DNA of 64,000 nucleotides from an uncultured bacterium (GCA_963819815.1 CAWFXL010000001.1:640001-704000), one strand, 5' to 3'. Counted from the stretch's first letter, positions 30,888 through 40,505 are shown. Numbers and translations: made by a program. The notes: generated by a model not told the origin, from the letters alone.

Positions 30888-31511
30888 ATGCAGAATCAGT
30901 TTACGACGATATGGAAAAACTATGAGCCCATAATTAAAGCCATTGTAGAACTCTTTCACCCTTTTGTTGAAGTGGCCGTACATGATCTTGAGCAGGGCAC
31001 AATTGTTGCTCTCTATAACAACATATCACGCCGCAAAGTCGGCCAACCCTCTCCTCTTAAAGAATTACACATCACAAGTGAAAAGTTCCCGCCCTATTTT
31101 GCACCGTACTATAAGCAAAACTGGGATGGCCGCCCCTTAAAATGTACCTCCATAACCTTACGAAATAGCAAAGGAAAGGCAATTGGATTGATATGCATAA
31201 ATTCAGATGTGAGCGTACTCTACGAAACGCAGCGCGTTATTGACGCTTTTCTTCGTATCAAAGATACTGCAGAGAATCCTGTGGAAATCTTTGGAGGACA
31301 AGCAAAATCACATATAGATGCTTTGATCGAGGAGTACCTACATGAAAACAAGCTATCACTTGCGCACCTTGACCGCGAGGGGAAAAAGCGCCTCGTACAC
31401 CATCTGTACCAAAAGGGTAGCTTCAATTTCAAGAATGCCGCTCCTCTCATTGCTAAAAAACTTGGAAGCTCTCGAGCAAGCATCTATAACTATATCAAGC
31501 AGCTCGACTAG
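30888..31511 (+). CDS. YheO-like regulator (PAS_6 + HTH_22)
   Basis: EVAVHDL, R.VG.P, IGLICIN and LYQKGSFNFKNAA..IA..LG.SRASIYNYI motifs. Confidence 0.92.
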   Translation: MQNQFTTIWKNYEPIIKAIVELFHPFVEVAVHDLEQGTIVALYNNISRRKVGQPSPLKELHITSEKFPPYFAPYYKQNWDGRPLKCTSITLRNSKGKAIGLICINSDVSVLYETQRVIDAFLRIKDTAENPVEIFGGQAKSHIDALIEEYLHENKLSLAHLDREGKKRLVHHLYQKGSFNFKNAAPLIAKKLGSSRASIYNYIKQLD

Positions 31512-31716
31512 AAATGAGCATGCAAACAATCTCTCAAAAAATGCATTTGTCGACATTCTCTGTATGCCCTACAGACACACTATAGCAGCAACACCATATC
31601 GAAAATATCCTGCTGGCCATCACATTTAAAAAAGATTGCTTTTTGTATAAAAGTTTAGTATACTTTTTAGTATATACTTATCATAGTCAGATCAAATTCA
31701 ACGAAAGGAATGTATC

Positions 31717-31836
31717 ATGACTTTGTGCAGCACCTCAAGGTGTTTTTTTACTTTAAATAGCACACGCCCTTCTCAAGCTTTCTCTTCAGTGGCAGTTCAT
31801 GCCCATTCTGTTCATCATTGCCATCACGTGGCATAA
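31717..31836 (+). CDS. Putative His-rich leader (attenuator) peptide, 39 aa
   Basis: AAAGGA SD 7 nt upstream; MTLCSTSRCFFTLNSTRPSQAFSSVAVHAHSVHHCHHVA*; 6 His in the last 12 codons. Confidence 0.75.
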   Translation: MTLCSTSRCFFTLNSTRPSQAFSSVAVHAHSVHHCHHVA

Positions 31837-31876
31837 CTCATTCCCCACTTTTCTTACATAATTACGAATTTTTGAC

Positions 31877-31906
31877 ACGTACCTCAGGTACGTAGGTGCT
31901 TTTTTT
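31877..31906 (+). terminator. Attenuator-type intrinsic terminator in the ABC operon leader
   Basis: ACGTACC-TCA-GGTACGT hairpin, then AGGTGC and T7. Confidence 0.6.
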
Positions 31907-31937
31907 GTATATGCACCCAACCCTAAAAGGATTTCTC

Positions 31938-32723
31938 ATGTTTAAAAAACTTGCCATAGGCGCATTTTGTGTGGCTCTTGTCAGCATTGCTGGACTACGT
32001 TATATGACCACTATCTCTCAAGATGATCAAACTCTCATCTTAGGAACCATGAGTGGCTGGCCTCCCTTTGTACAACTAGCCACTGATGGCTCGTATGAAG
32101 GGTTTGATATCGATATCGCAAATATTATTGCTCAACGGCTTGGTAAAAAGTTGGTCATTAAGGATATGGACACCGCAATGCTCATCAGTGCCCTCAATCA
32201 GGGGCAGGTAGATTTCTTGATGACAGGACTCGACATCACTCCCGAACGGCTTCAGCAAATCACCATGATACCCTATCAAGGAGAGCCAATCACTTCGTAT
32301 CCTCTTATTTTCTTTAAAGAAATTCCTGACGGGATTGAAACACTTGCTGATCTTAAAAAGCTTCCCAATGCTATCTTATGCGTTGAAGCAGGTTCAAGCC
32401 AAGAAGAGATACTTCGTGGCTATGAAGGATTTGAGATTAAGCAGGTAGATCCACTTGTCTCTCTTTTAGAGCTAAAAAATGGGCGTGCAACAGCAACTCT
32501 CCTTGATGAGAAGATGTTCAAGTCTCTTCAACAAAAAGAGCCCAATCTCAAAGCTAAGATGGTACCGTTACGGCCTGAAGAGGTCATCCTTGGATGTGGT
32601 ATAGGTATCAAAAAAGAGAATGCCGACCTCATAGCAAAGATTACGGCTATCATCGACGATCTCAAGAAAACCGGTCTTCTTAAGAAGTTAGAACAACGGT
32701 GGATTGCGAAGGAGCCATCATGA
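31938..32723 (+). CDS. Polar amino-acid ABC transporter substrate-binding protein
   Basis: WPPF, GFDIDIA and ITPER motifs (SBP family 3); N-terminal membrane anchor. Confidence 0.92.
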   Translation: MFKKLAIGAFCVALVSIAGLRYMTTISQDDQTLILGTMSGWPPFVQLATDGSYEGFDIDIANIIAQRLGKKLVIKDMDTAMLISALNQGQVDFLMTGLDITPERLQQITMIPYQGEPITSYPLIFFKEIPDGIETLADLKKLPNAILCVEAGSSQEEILRGYEGFEIKQVDPLVSLLELKNGRATATLLDEKMFKSLQQKEPNLKAKMVPLRPEEVILGCGIGIKKENADLIAKITAIIDDLKKTGLLKKLEQRWIAKEPS

Positions 32724-33364
32724 CACAGTATACTACCCTCTTTCTCAAAGGTACGGGAATGACTCTTTTGCTCTGGGTATCATGCTCATTGCTCAGTCTC
32801 ATGCTTGGCCTTTTTGCGGGAACTCTGCGTAGCACTCAGCTACGCATACCCCTTATTTCTCCCCTACTTGACGGCATTACTCTCTTGTTGCGAGGAATAC
32901 CCTTATATTCACAGCTTATGATCGCCTACTTTGCCGTACCTCAGCTCATCGGGTTTGCACCTTCAGCACTTCTGACAGGCATCCTCACACTAGGATTCTG
33001 TTCTGGTGCTTACGCAAGTGAGCTGATACGTAATGGCTATAATACGATCGATAAGGGTCAATGGCTTGCTGCTCAAGCACTTGGTTATGCTCGCTGGCAA
33101 CAGGTGCGCTATATTATAGGGCCTCAAATGCTACAGAAAACATTTCCTGCTCTTGTAAATGAATATTTGATGGTACTGAAGAGTACTGCACTGTTGGGAG
33201 CGATAGGAATTATCGAAGTTACGAAGATAGGAACTAATGTGATGTATAAGACCTTTCAGCCGATCCCGGTCTGTCTTGCAGTTGCAGCTATCTATCTTAT
33301 ACTTGCTGCTCTACTGACACTTTTTGCTAACTGGATCGAAAGGAGCTATGCATGCTCTCAGTAA
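32720..33364 (+). CDS. Amino-acid ABC transporter permease
   Basis: RGIPL, AYASELIR.G, GQW.AA.ALG and LKSTALL motifs. Confidence 0.93.
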   Translation: MTQYTTLFLKGTGMTLLLWVSCSLLSLMLGLFAGTLRSTQLRIPLISPLLDGITLLLRGIPLYSQLMIAYFAVPQLIGFAPSALLTGILTLGFCSGAYASELIRNGYNTIDKGQWLAAQALGYARWQQVRYIIGPQMLQKTFPALVNEYLMVLKSTALLGAIGIIEVTKIGTNVMYKTFQPIPVCLAVAAIYLILAALLTLFANWIERSYACSQ

Positions 33365-34011
33365 CCAACCTTACATTCAAACGGGGCTCCCAAACGATTC
33401 TAGACCAGGTAACCTATACGTTTGCCCCAGGGACGATTACCTGTATTGTTGGCCCGAGTGGCTCTGGCAAGTCTACATTGCTTGCTTGCCTTACTCAGTT
33501 ATATACGTCCTATGAAGGAACTATTAGGAGTAACGACCTGGTTTTGTCGAGTCTTACAGCCCAAGAACGGGCCCAGACTATCGGCATCGTCTTTCAAACA
33601 TGGCATCTTTTTCCTTTGCTCACTGCTCAAGAGAATATCTCTCAGCCACTCATGCTTATAGGTGGCTTGAGTAAAGAACAGGCTCGCGAAAAAGCAGCAG
33701 AATTGCTTCGTACATTTGATATGCAAGACTATGCGCATGCTTACAGCTCGCAACTATCGGGAGGTCAACAACAGCGCATTGCTCTCGCTCGTGCTCTTGG
33801 GCTCAAGCCAAAGATTCTTTGTCTTGATGAGCCAACCTCAGCTTTAGATGCTGGCAATAGCCAGCTACTTATTGAAGAGCTCAAGCAACTCAAACTGACG
33901 GGCATAACGGTCATAATCACGAGTCATGATAGAGAGTTTGTCGCCTCAGTGGCAGATACTGTGCTAGAGCTTGAGGAAGGCAAACTCAAATCGACATCTT
34001 TAAAAAACTAG
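33352..34011 (+). CDS. Amino-acid ABC transporter ATP-binding protein
   Basis: GPSGSGKST, LSGGQQQR and DEPTSALD motifs. Confidence 0.93.
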   Translation: MLSVTNLTFKRGSQTILDQVTYTFAPGTITCIVGPSGSGKSTLLACLTQLYTSYEGTIRSNDLVLSSLTAQERAQTIGIVFQTWHLFPLLTAQENISQPLMLIGGLSKEQAREKAAELLRTFDMQDYAHAYSSQLSGGQQQRIALARALGLKPKILCLDEPTSALDAGNSQLLIEELKQLKLTGITVIITSHDREFVASVADTVLELEEGKLKSTSLKN

Positions 34012-34055
34012 TTTCAGACGGGCTTCTCAACAAAATGTGAAAAAACGCCTATTGC

Positions 34056-34084
34056 TTGACAATTTTTCAAGGAATTTTTACTAT
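34056..34084 (+). promoter_or_regulatory. Sigma70-type promoter
   Basis: TTGACA-17 nt-TACTAT. Confidence 0.6.
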
Positions 34085-34127
34085 GGTCGTATGAATTTTT
34101 CACAAAATTAGGTATATGGGGAGTGCT

Positions 34128-35444
34128 ATGTATGTTATAAGATCAAACGAGAAGTTTATTTTCGAATCCTTCGAACGACCTTTCATTAGCGCACTCCTTG
34201 GACCTCGAAGGGTCGGGAAAACAACTTTGGTTGAGTATTATAAGCGCCAACATCCTGAGAGGAAATGGATCACTCTTAATATGGACATATTGAGCCAGCG
34301 AAATCGCATCGCCCAAGAAGAGCTCGAGTTAATGATCGAAGAAGCAGCCCTCCAAAGAATTGGAGGAGAAAAAAAGATCTGGGTATTCATTGATGAAGCC
34401 CAAAAAAGTCCTGAATTGTTCGACCAAATAAAAATAATCTACGACACCTATAAGGATCGAGATGCTGTTAAGTTTTTGCTCACCGGCTCTGCGCACCTTA
34501 ACTTACATAAACTAACCACTGAATCTCTTGCTGGCCGCGTAGAGCTCTTAAATCTTCGCGAATTTAATCTCAAAGAACTGGTCCTGCTTCAGCACAATGA
34601 GCTCCATTTTCCCAAAGACAACATTTTAGATGTTATAATTAATGGAAAGCAAAAAAATTTACTTGAGGATATAGTTCTTACCGTACGACCTTTTCAAAAA
34701 TTATTAGAAGAGTCCTTATTCGAGCATATGCTCTGGGGAGGTCTTCCAGAGGTTATTAAAGAGCCTTCAGCAGGCTACCGGCTCAAATATCTTGGAGATT
34801 ACTTACAAACCTATTTAGAAAAAGACATTCGTGCGATCGACTCCATAGGAGATATAAACCTTTACAACAATCTCCTAAGAATCTCCGCTGAAAAAACCGG
34901 ATCAATTCGTGACGACGCAAAGGTCATCGAAGCACTTCACTGCTCACGCGACACTCTTGTGAAATATAGAGGATACTTAAGCGCTACTTTGCAGTACATG
35001 GAGCTGTTTCCTTATATCAAAAGCTCATTAAAAAGACTCGTTAAATCTCCCAAAGGATATGTCATAAATAATGGTCTCGTAAGCTATTTAACAGGAATAC
35101 ATGATATTGCCCTCTTAAAAAACACTGGCCTGATAGGGCATCGCTTTGAGAATTGGTTCCTCAACGAAATACAAACCTGGCTTGATACCCAACAACAAAG
35201 AAATGCTCTCTATTACTGGCGAACCCATTCAGGTGCAGAAATAGATGTTGTTATCGAGATAGGAAGACATATAGTTCCAGTTGAAATCACCTACTCTCCG
35301 TACATAGACTCCAAAAAACTTAATAACCTGAAAGGTTTTCTCAAGGATTATCCGGAAGCGTCAATTGGTATCTTTTGCTATATGGGAAAACTATCATTTG
35401 ACGAGAACAATAATATTCTGTATCTACCAGCCTGGCTTATCTAA
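34128..35444 (+). CDS. AAA_14 ATPase + DUF4143 (COG1373-type)
   Basis: GPRRVGKTT, IDEAQ, TGS, ESLAGR, GGLP, LVKSPK and YWRT.SGAEIDVV motifs; start 34116 or 34128. Confidence 0.92.
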   Translation: MYVIRSNEKFIFESFERPFISALLGPRRVGKTTLVEYYKRQHPERKWITLNMDILSQRNRIAQEELELMIEEAALQRIGGEKKIWVFIDEAQKSPELFDQIKIIYDTYKDRDAVKFLLTGSAHLNLHKLTTESLAGRVELLNLREFNLKELVLLQHNELHFPKDNILDVIINGKQKNLLEDIVLTVRPFQKLLEESLFEHMLWGGLPEVIKEPSAGYRLKYLGDYLQTYLEKDIRAIDSIGDINLYNNLLRISAEKTGSIRDDAKVIEALHCSRDTLVKYRGYLSATLQYMELFPYIKSSLKRLVKSPKGYVINNGLVSYLTGIHDIALLKNTGLIGHRFENWFLNEIQTWLDTQQQRNALYYWRTHSGAEIDVVIEIGRHIVPVEITYSPYIDSKKLNNLKGFLKDYPEASIGIFCYMGKLSFDENNNILYLPAWLI

Positions 35445-35537
35445 GCAGTCGTATCGTTACAAAAAACCAATGCCGTTTATGTTTATGGGCGCACCTCAAT
35501 TATGTAGAGCTCTAACCAGAGCTCTTTGTCCAGCAGA

Positions 35538-36593
35538 TTATGAAGCGAGCTGTTTGAGAGCATCTTCCGTAACGCCCTGTTTACGAAGCCACGAAACTGC
35601 ATCAATTGCAGCAGCAGCACCCCGTCCAGCAGCAACAATAGCTTGGCGATAGATGTCATCTTCTACATCACCGGCTGCAAATACACCCGGAACTGAAGTC
35701 GCCTGGGTCCGACCCTCAACGAGAATATGGCCATTTTCAGAAAGGGCAAGCTGCCCTACAAAGAGATCGGTATTCGGATGATGTCCTATGGCTAAGAAGA
35801 CGCCATCTGCGTCTAAAACCTCTGTTTTGTTCGTCTCAAAGTTCTGAATTTCAATCCCCGTAACTCCTTCGTTGTTACCAAGAATACTCTTTACCTGGAC
35901 CCCATACCGAGGAGGTTTGATCGTCGGATATCCCTGCAGTTTCTGTTGCATTGAATGAGCAGCGCGCATATGCTGCCTCCGCACCAAACAGGTAACGCTT
36001 TTAACATGAGGAGCAAGCTGGAGAGCCTCTTCAACTGCTGAATCTCCACCACCTATAACAAAAACATCTTTCCCCTTAAAAAATAGCCCATCACAGAGGG
36101 CACATGATGATACCCCGTTGCCATAGTGGGTTTCTTCTCCCGGGACATTAAGCATTTTGGGAGTGGCACCCGTTGCAATAACCAAAGAGAGCACTCGGTA
36201 CATGATACCTTCTTCTGTTCCTATTACAAAAGGCCATTGGCTAAGGTCTACTGACACAATGGTCTCATCAAGAATTTTTACACCCGCCTGACGGGTCTGC
36301 TCAATCATAGTATCCATGAATATATCACCTGCAACCTTCATAACGCCGGGATAATTGTCAATGAATGATGTTTTAGTAAGCAATCCACCAGATGTCTGCC
36401 CCATAAAGAGAGTCGTTGGCATTCCAAGACGAACACTATATTGCGCAGCAGCTAACCCAGCAGGGCCCGATCCGAGAATCACCATAGGAAGTAGGTCAGG
36501 CACTTTAGCTTTAGAAAGTTCCTCACCCATAAGGCTCGAAAAGCACAATCCCATCACTGCTACAAAAAGAATAGATATATAATTTTTCATCAC
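35538..36593 (-). CDS. trxB: Thioredoxin reductase with an N-terminal signal-peptide-like extension
   Basis: GSGPAG, CALCDG active site, GGGDSA and GVFAAGDV..YRQAI motifs. Confidence 0.93.
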   Translation of the reverse strand: MMKNYISILFVAVMGLCFSSLMGEELSKAKVPDLLPMVILGSGPAGLAAAQYSVRLGMPTTLFMGQTSGGLLTKTSFIDNYPGVMKVAGDIFMDTMIEQTRQAGVKILDETIVSVDLSQWPFVIGTEEGIMYRVLSLVIATGATPKMLNVPGEETHYGNGVSSCALCDGLFFKGKDVFVIGGGDSAVEEALQLAPHVKSVTCLVRRQHMRAAHSMQQKLQGYPTIKPPRYGVQVKSILGNNEGVTGIEIQNFETNKTEVLDADGVFLAIGHHPNTDLFVGQLALSENGHILVEGRTQATSVPGVFAAGDVEDDIYRQAIVAAGRGAAAAIDAVSWLRKQGVTEDALKQLAS

Positions 36594-36740
36594 AATAACC
36601 TCATCATAGTTTTCTGATACCCTTTATACTCCATATAGCATACCGAAACTAGTCACTGCCAGTCAAAGGGTCATGCCCCTTGCATCAAAGATCACTTCAA
36701 AGAAAGCGCTGGACCAAACTTTATGATAGTTACTAACCGG

Positions 36741-37595
36741 TTAGCCATGGGTTTCTTCACTATTCATAACAAAATCATCAAAAAGACTCAAGGGATCTGC
36801 TTCATTTCTATATTTTTCCACAGCTTTACCAAGAAGCTCTTTCTGATGCTCATGTAAATGGACCGTGAAATGATCATGATCTATAAGTGCTGCAGGGTTT
36901 TCATGAGCTTTATCCATAAGCTCAAGAAGCGCCCGATCAGAAGAGATAATCTCTTTTTGTTGGCTGGTTAACGAACGTTTAAACCGTTCCATGATTGGTA
37001 AATTGAGAGCTGATTTGATAAGTAAGCCAAGTATACCAAGTGTCCCCAAGCCAAGAGCTATTCGCCCCTTATGATTCCAAAACCATCCCGCATCCTTCGA
37101 TAATGACTCGCGAGTAGAAGCAAGGTCTCCTCGCAAAGCCGTGCCAAGGTGATAACGATCGGCACTTTTCTTAGCCCCATACAGTACGAGTAAAGCTACT
37201 CCCATTGCCGCGAAGTCCTTCTTAGATGGCCCTTCACGCTTAATGCGATCATAGACTATATACATAGGAACCCCAACATTTTCAATAAGGTAATCTTTAA
37301 GATAGTGTCTCAAGGACTTCTGTTCACTTTTTTGGGCACTTTCTAAAGATTTGAGAGCTAGTAAGGTGAGTACCCAGACCCCGATAATTGGACTGGTAAC
37401 GTAGGACACGTCAGCAGCACCGTTCATAAGAAGAATAGCTAGCTCTTCAGATGATTCCGCGATTTTATGTGAAGTGCATTTGTGCTCAATGAACATCTTT
37501 TGAGCATCAGGCTCTGGTGTTGGGGCCATACCATATAGAGGAGCCAGTGACGCACTCATTAGGATTCCCCAAAAAAACGTAGTCACTTTTTTCAT
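36741..37595 (-). CDS. Hypothetical secreted/membrane protein
   Basis: 284-aa ORF, signal peptide plus three hydrophobic segments. Confidence 0.7.
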   Translation of the reverse strand: MKKVTTFFWGILMSASLAPLYGMAPTPEPDAQKMFIEHKCTSHKIAESSEELAILLMNGAADVSYVTSPIIGVWVLTLLALKSLESAQKSEQKSLRHYLKDYLIENVGVPMYIVYDRIKREGPSKKDFAAMGVALLVLYGAKKSADRYHLGTALRGDLASTRESLSKDAGWFWNHKGRIALGLGTLGILGLLIKSALNLPIMERFKRSLTSQQKEIISSDRALLELMDKAHENPAALIDHDHFTVHLHEHQKELLGKAVEKYRNEADPLSLFDDFVMNSEETHG

Positions 37596-37707
37596 AGTTA
37601 TTCTCTAGAATACTGATTCTAATATACCCTTAGGGTGCCATAATACCCCTCATTGTCAACAGCCTGCATGATCTCAAGCTCAGATTTTGCAGCCTATTAC
37701 ATAAGAA

Positions 37708-37737
37708 GTAGGAGGACCCTAGAGAGAGCCCTCCTAC
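37708..37737 (-). terminator. Hairpin after the 37763-38758 gene
   Basis: GTAGGAGG...CCTCCTAC. Confidence 0.5.
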
Positions 37738-37762
37738 CTGTAGCTTCATAGCTTCATACATG

Positions 37763-38758
37763 TTACCTGCGAGCGCGTGCCATCATTCGAGGCTGTTGCT
37801 TAGACTTTGTCGGCATGGAAGCCCGTTGTACATTGCGTCGAGTTGGCTTTGTTTGAGCGTTCGTTACATTAAGTTTGTAGATTTCGCGAAAGTTCTCTTG
37901 TTTCTCTTTACAATCTTTGATGATCTCAAGTTCACCTTCGATAAACTTCACTTGTTTACGAGAAATAGCCCTTTTACCGGTCATATTCTCAAGATCTCCT
38001 AAGATATCAACTACCTTATCAGCATCTTCTGCTGCAAGAGCTTCAGTAAGCTCAGGGTGCCAAGTACCAAGAGAATCAGACAACAATTGACCAGCTTGCA
38101 TGATTCGATCGTTCGTATAGGCTACAAAGATTTGTAGCAGCATGAACTTTTGTTCAAGATCTAAACGATCAATAAGCCTTGTATCACGCAAGAGTTGATG
38201 TGGGTCTCTTGTGGCTACTTGAATATAAGGCTTTATAATTTTACGACGCTGTTCTGTATCTCTAATATTGCTAAACACTTCCCAGAATAAGGACCCTGCA
38301 GCCTGCAACCATCCAGGAAATTCAGCAGTTTCTTCTACGTCATTCACACGAGCGCCTGGCTTTCTTGGGGTCACTTTTTTCCCAAGATTGTTCAAAAAAT
38401 CTTCTGAATCTGGAGTTTCAACCGCAAGTTCATCTTGGCCTTGGAAGAAGAGCTTATAGGCTAGCCAACCCGCTGCAGCTGCGCCTAAAACACCGTATCC
38501 CAAGGTACGAGAATCAGCATTTTTTACGTAGTCGCGAGCCTCACTCAATTTCTTCTTTGCATCTTCAAATTTCTGCTTTGCGTCTACTGGATCATACGTA
38601 TAGTATGCCCCAGCACCCGCACCAGCTAATCCTAGAGCTGCGAGAACGTTACCCGCAGTAAAATATGATTCGGATTTCTTTGGTTTTACTGCATCGAGAC
38701 CCGACACTGCACATCCCATCACCGCAAGGAGAAGGATAGAAGTATAACGATTCATCAT
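37763..38758 (-). CDS. Hypothetical secreted/membrane protein
   Basis: GAGG SD, signal peptide, two Gly/Ala-rich hydrophobic segments, basic C-terminal tail. Confidence 0.75.
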   Translation of the reverse strand: MMNRYTSILLLAVMGCAVSGLDAVKPKKSESYFTAGNVLAALGLAGAGAGAYYTYDPVDAKQKFEDAKKKLSEARDYVKNADSRTLGYGVLGAAAAGWLAYKLFFQGQDELAVETPDSEDFLNNLGKKVTPRKPGARVNDVEETAEFPGWLQAAGSLFWEVFSNIRDTEQRRKIIKPYIQVATRDPHQLLRDTRLIDRLDLEQKFMLLQIFVAYTNDRIMQAGQLLSDSLGTWHPELTEALAAEDADKVVDILGDLENMTGKRAISRKQVKFIEGELEIIKDCKEKQENFREIYKLNVTNAQTKPTRRNVQRASMPTKSKQQPRMMARARR

Positions 38759-39043
38759 AATAACCTCATAATAGTTTTTTCTTATTATATTCAACTATTT
38801 ATAGCGTATCGCGAATACGCAACCCCGTCAAAAGGGTCCCTTTTTTTGCGCTGTAGACCTCAGGTTAAAGCATGCCACATAACACAAGCAATCATTTAAT
38901 CGATACATTGGCAAAGAAATAGAGGAATGACGGCGTCTGGAGAGACGCTATAGCTTGGCCAGCCAACGACAAGCATGCATTCATTAAAAAAAGCTCTCCT
39001 TTGGAGCTTTTGGGCCCTTAAGCTAGCCTAATTGCAAAACATT

Positions 39044-39676
39044 TTATTGCATTGCCCCTTGAATAGCCTCACCAGAGGATAACAAATTATAATAGCCAAC
39101 AATGGCAGCAGCAACACTTACTATGCCGATTTGAGCATTACGACGAGCATTTCCATTGCCATCTTTTATATCATTGATGAAGTCGGATGCAGACTGGACA
39201 GAGCTATCAATCATACCCTTGAATGCTGGTATAGTTTTGTATGCACTTCCAACCATTTTGCCTGCTAAACTAATCAACGCACCCAGTGCAGCGACTTGGG
39301 TTGTTGGGTTAGTTATGTATGACGCGACGGCAATGCCCGTGAATCCCGGTATAGGGTTGTATGTACTTCCAACCATTTTGCCTGCTAAACCAGCCAATGC
39401 ACCCAGTGCAATGGCAATGCCCACTCTTGACTTCCAGCTAGCTCTTTCACCGAGCCAGTCATTCAAAATATTTTTAACAACAGCAATTATGCCAGGTGCT
39501 TGATAAATAGGCACATCAGGTTCCGGTTGAACACGCATGCCAGGTGCTTGATGTATAGGAGCAACTACATTAAAAATAGGCTCCCCAGCCTTAACTACTG
39601 AAAGAACAGACCCTATGTTAAGAAATATTGTTCCTAATACCAAAAGTGCCTTACCTACGCGGTTTACATAAGTCAT
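39044..39676 (-). CDS. Tandem paralog family member 3 (secreted, Gly/Ala-rich hydrophobic hairpins)
   Basis: MTYVNRVGKALLVLG start after GGAG; shares WLG..ASWK.R and DGNGNARRNA with 40506-41084. Confidence 0.8.
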   Translation of the reverse strand: MTYVNRVGKALLVLGTIFLNIGSVLSVVKAGEPIFNVVAPIHQAPGMRVQPEPDVPIYQAPGIIAVVKNILNDWLGERASWKSRVGIAIALGALAGLAGKMVGSTYNPIPGFTGIAVASYITNPTTQVAALGALISLAGKMVGSAYKTIPAFKGMIDSSVQSASDFINDIKDGNGNARRNAQIGIVSVAAAIVGYYNLLSSGEAIQGAMQ

Positions 39677-39782
39677 AGTTTTTTTCTCCATAGTATTAGG
39701 TATTACCAATAACACATTCATCATCAAATTCTTCGTTACAAGTAAAAGATGGTTGGACCAGCTAAACTGCAAGGATATTCAA

Positions 39783-39845
39783 AAAGAGCTCTCTTCTGAG
39801 GAGAGCTCTATAAATACTTAAAAGATCTTAATTTTGCAACTAAGA
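39783..39845. repeat. Duplicated intergenic unit with terminator-like hairpin (second copy 40440-40505)
   Basis: AAAGAGCTCTC..GAGAGCTCTA..ATCTTAATTTTGCAACTAAGA in both copies. Confidence 0.85.
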
Positions 39846-39861
39846 GTAATAGTCATCTAGC

Positions 39862-40335
39862 TTAGTAAAGCGAGTATAGGGTAGTTTCCTTAGAAGGATA
39901 ACGCCCAGCTACGAAACCAGCCGCGACTTGTTCGTTTGCCAGCATAGCATTATATGCAATGGCAGCAAGAACAGCAACCGTTGATGTAATGACGGCTCTT
40001 GATTTCCAGGTAGCTTTGTCACCCATATAGTTATGCCAAATATCTTTCAACTTTGAGATCAAACTAGGTGCTTCATAGACGGGCTCAAGTTTTACGCGGG
40101 CGGTTGTCGAATCCCTAAGAACCGGTGCATCAAAGGTGCCCTCTACCGCGCACTTTGCCCTTTTCCCACCAGCTTTAATGTCTGGATGGGCCCAACCATC
40201 GGCTACAAGTGCTGTTCCTCCTGGAGTTGTCCAACCTATAATCTTAGGGGCTGGCGCTGCAGCATCCACAGAGGTGTTAAGAGACGCTATTCCTAGCACA
40301 ACAAGTACTTTACTTACGTGTTTTATATAATTCAT
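39862..40335 (-). CDS. Tandem paralog family member 2
   Basis: MNYIKHVSK..., PAPKIIGWTTPGGTALVAD, KATWKSR. Confidence 0.85.
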   Translation of the reverse strand: MNYIKHVSKVLVVLGIASLNTSVDAAAPAPKIIGWTTPGGTALVADGWAHPDIKAGGKRAKCAVEGTFDAPVLRDSTTARVKLEPVYEAPSLISKLKDIWHNYMGDKATWKSRAVITSTVAVLAAIAYNAMLANEQVAAGFVAGRYPSKETTLYSLY

Positions 40336-40439
40336 ATTTGCTCCTTAGTTAGGAAATACCTGTGACATGTTCCTCATCAAGTTTTTCGTTACCGCTAAAA
40401 GAAAGTTGGACACGCCAACTGCAAAGACGTTCATAATAG

Positions 40440-40505
40440 AAAGAGCTCTCCTTTTGGGGGAGAGCTCTATGAATTCTTAAAACAATCTTAATTTTGCAAC
40501 TAAGA
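40440..40505. repeat. Duplicated intergenic unit with terminator-like hairpin (copy of 39783-39845)
   Basis: Near-identical to 39783-39845. Confidence 0.85.

Noticed and set aside
31710..31760. Alternative uORF MYHDFVQHLKVFFYFK*
   Set aside because: Its ATG directly abuts the SD; the ATG at 31717 has canonical spacing and gives the His-run peptide.
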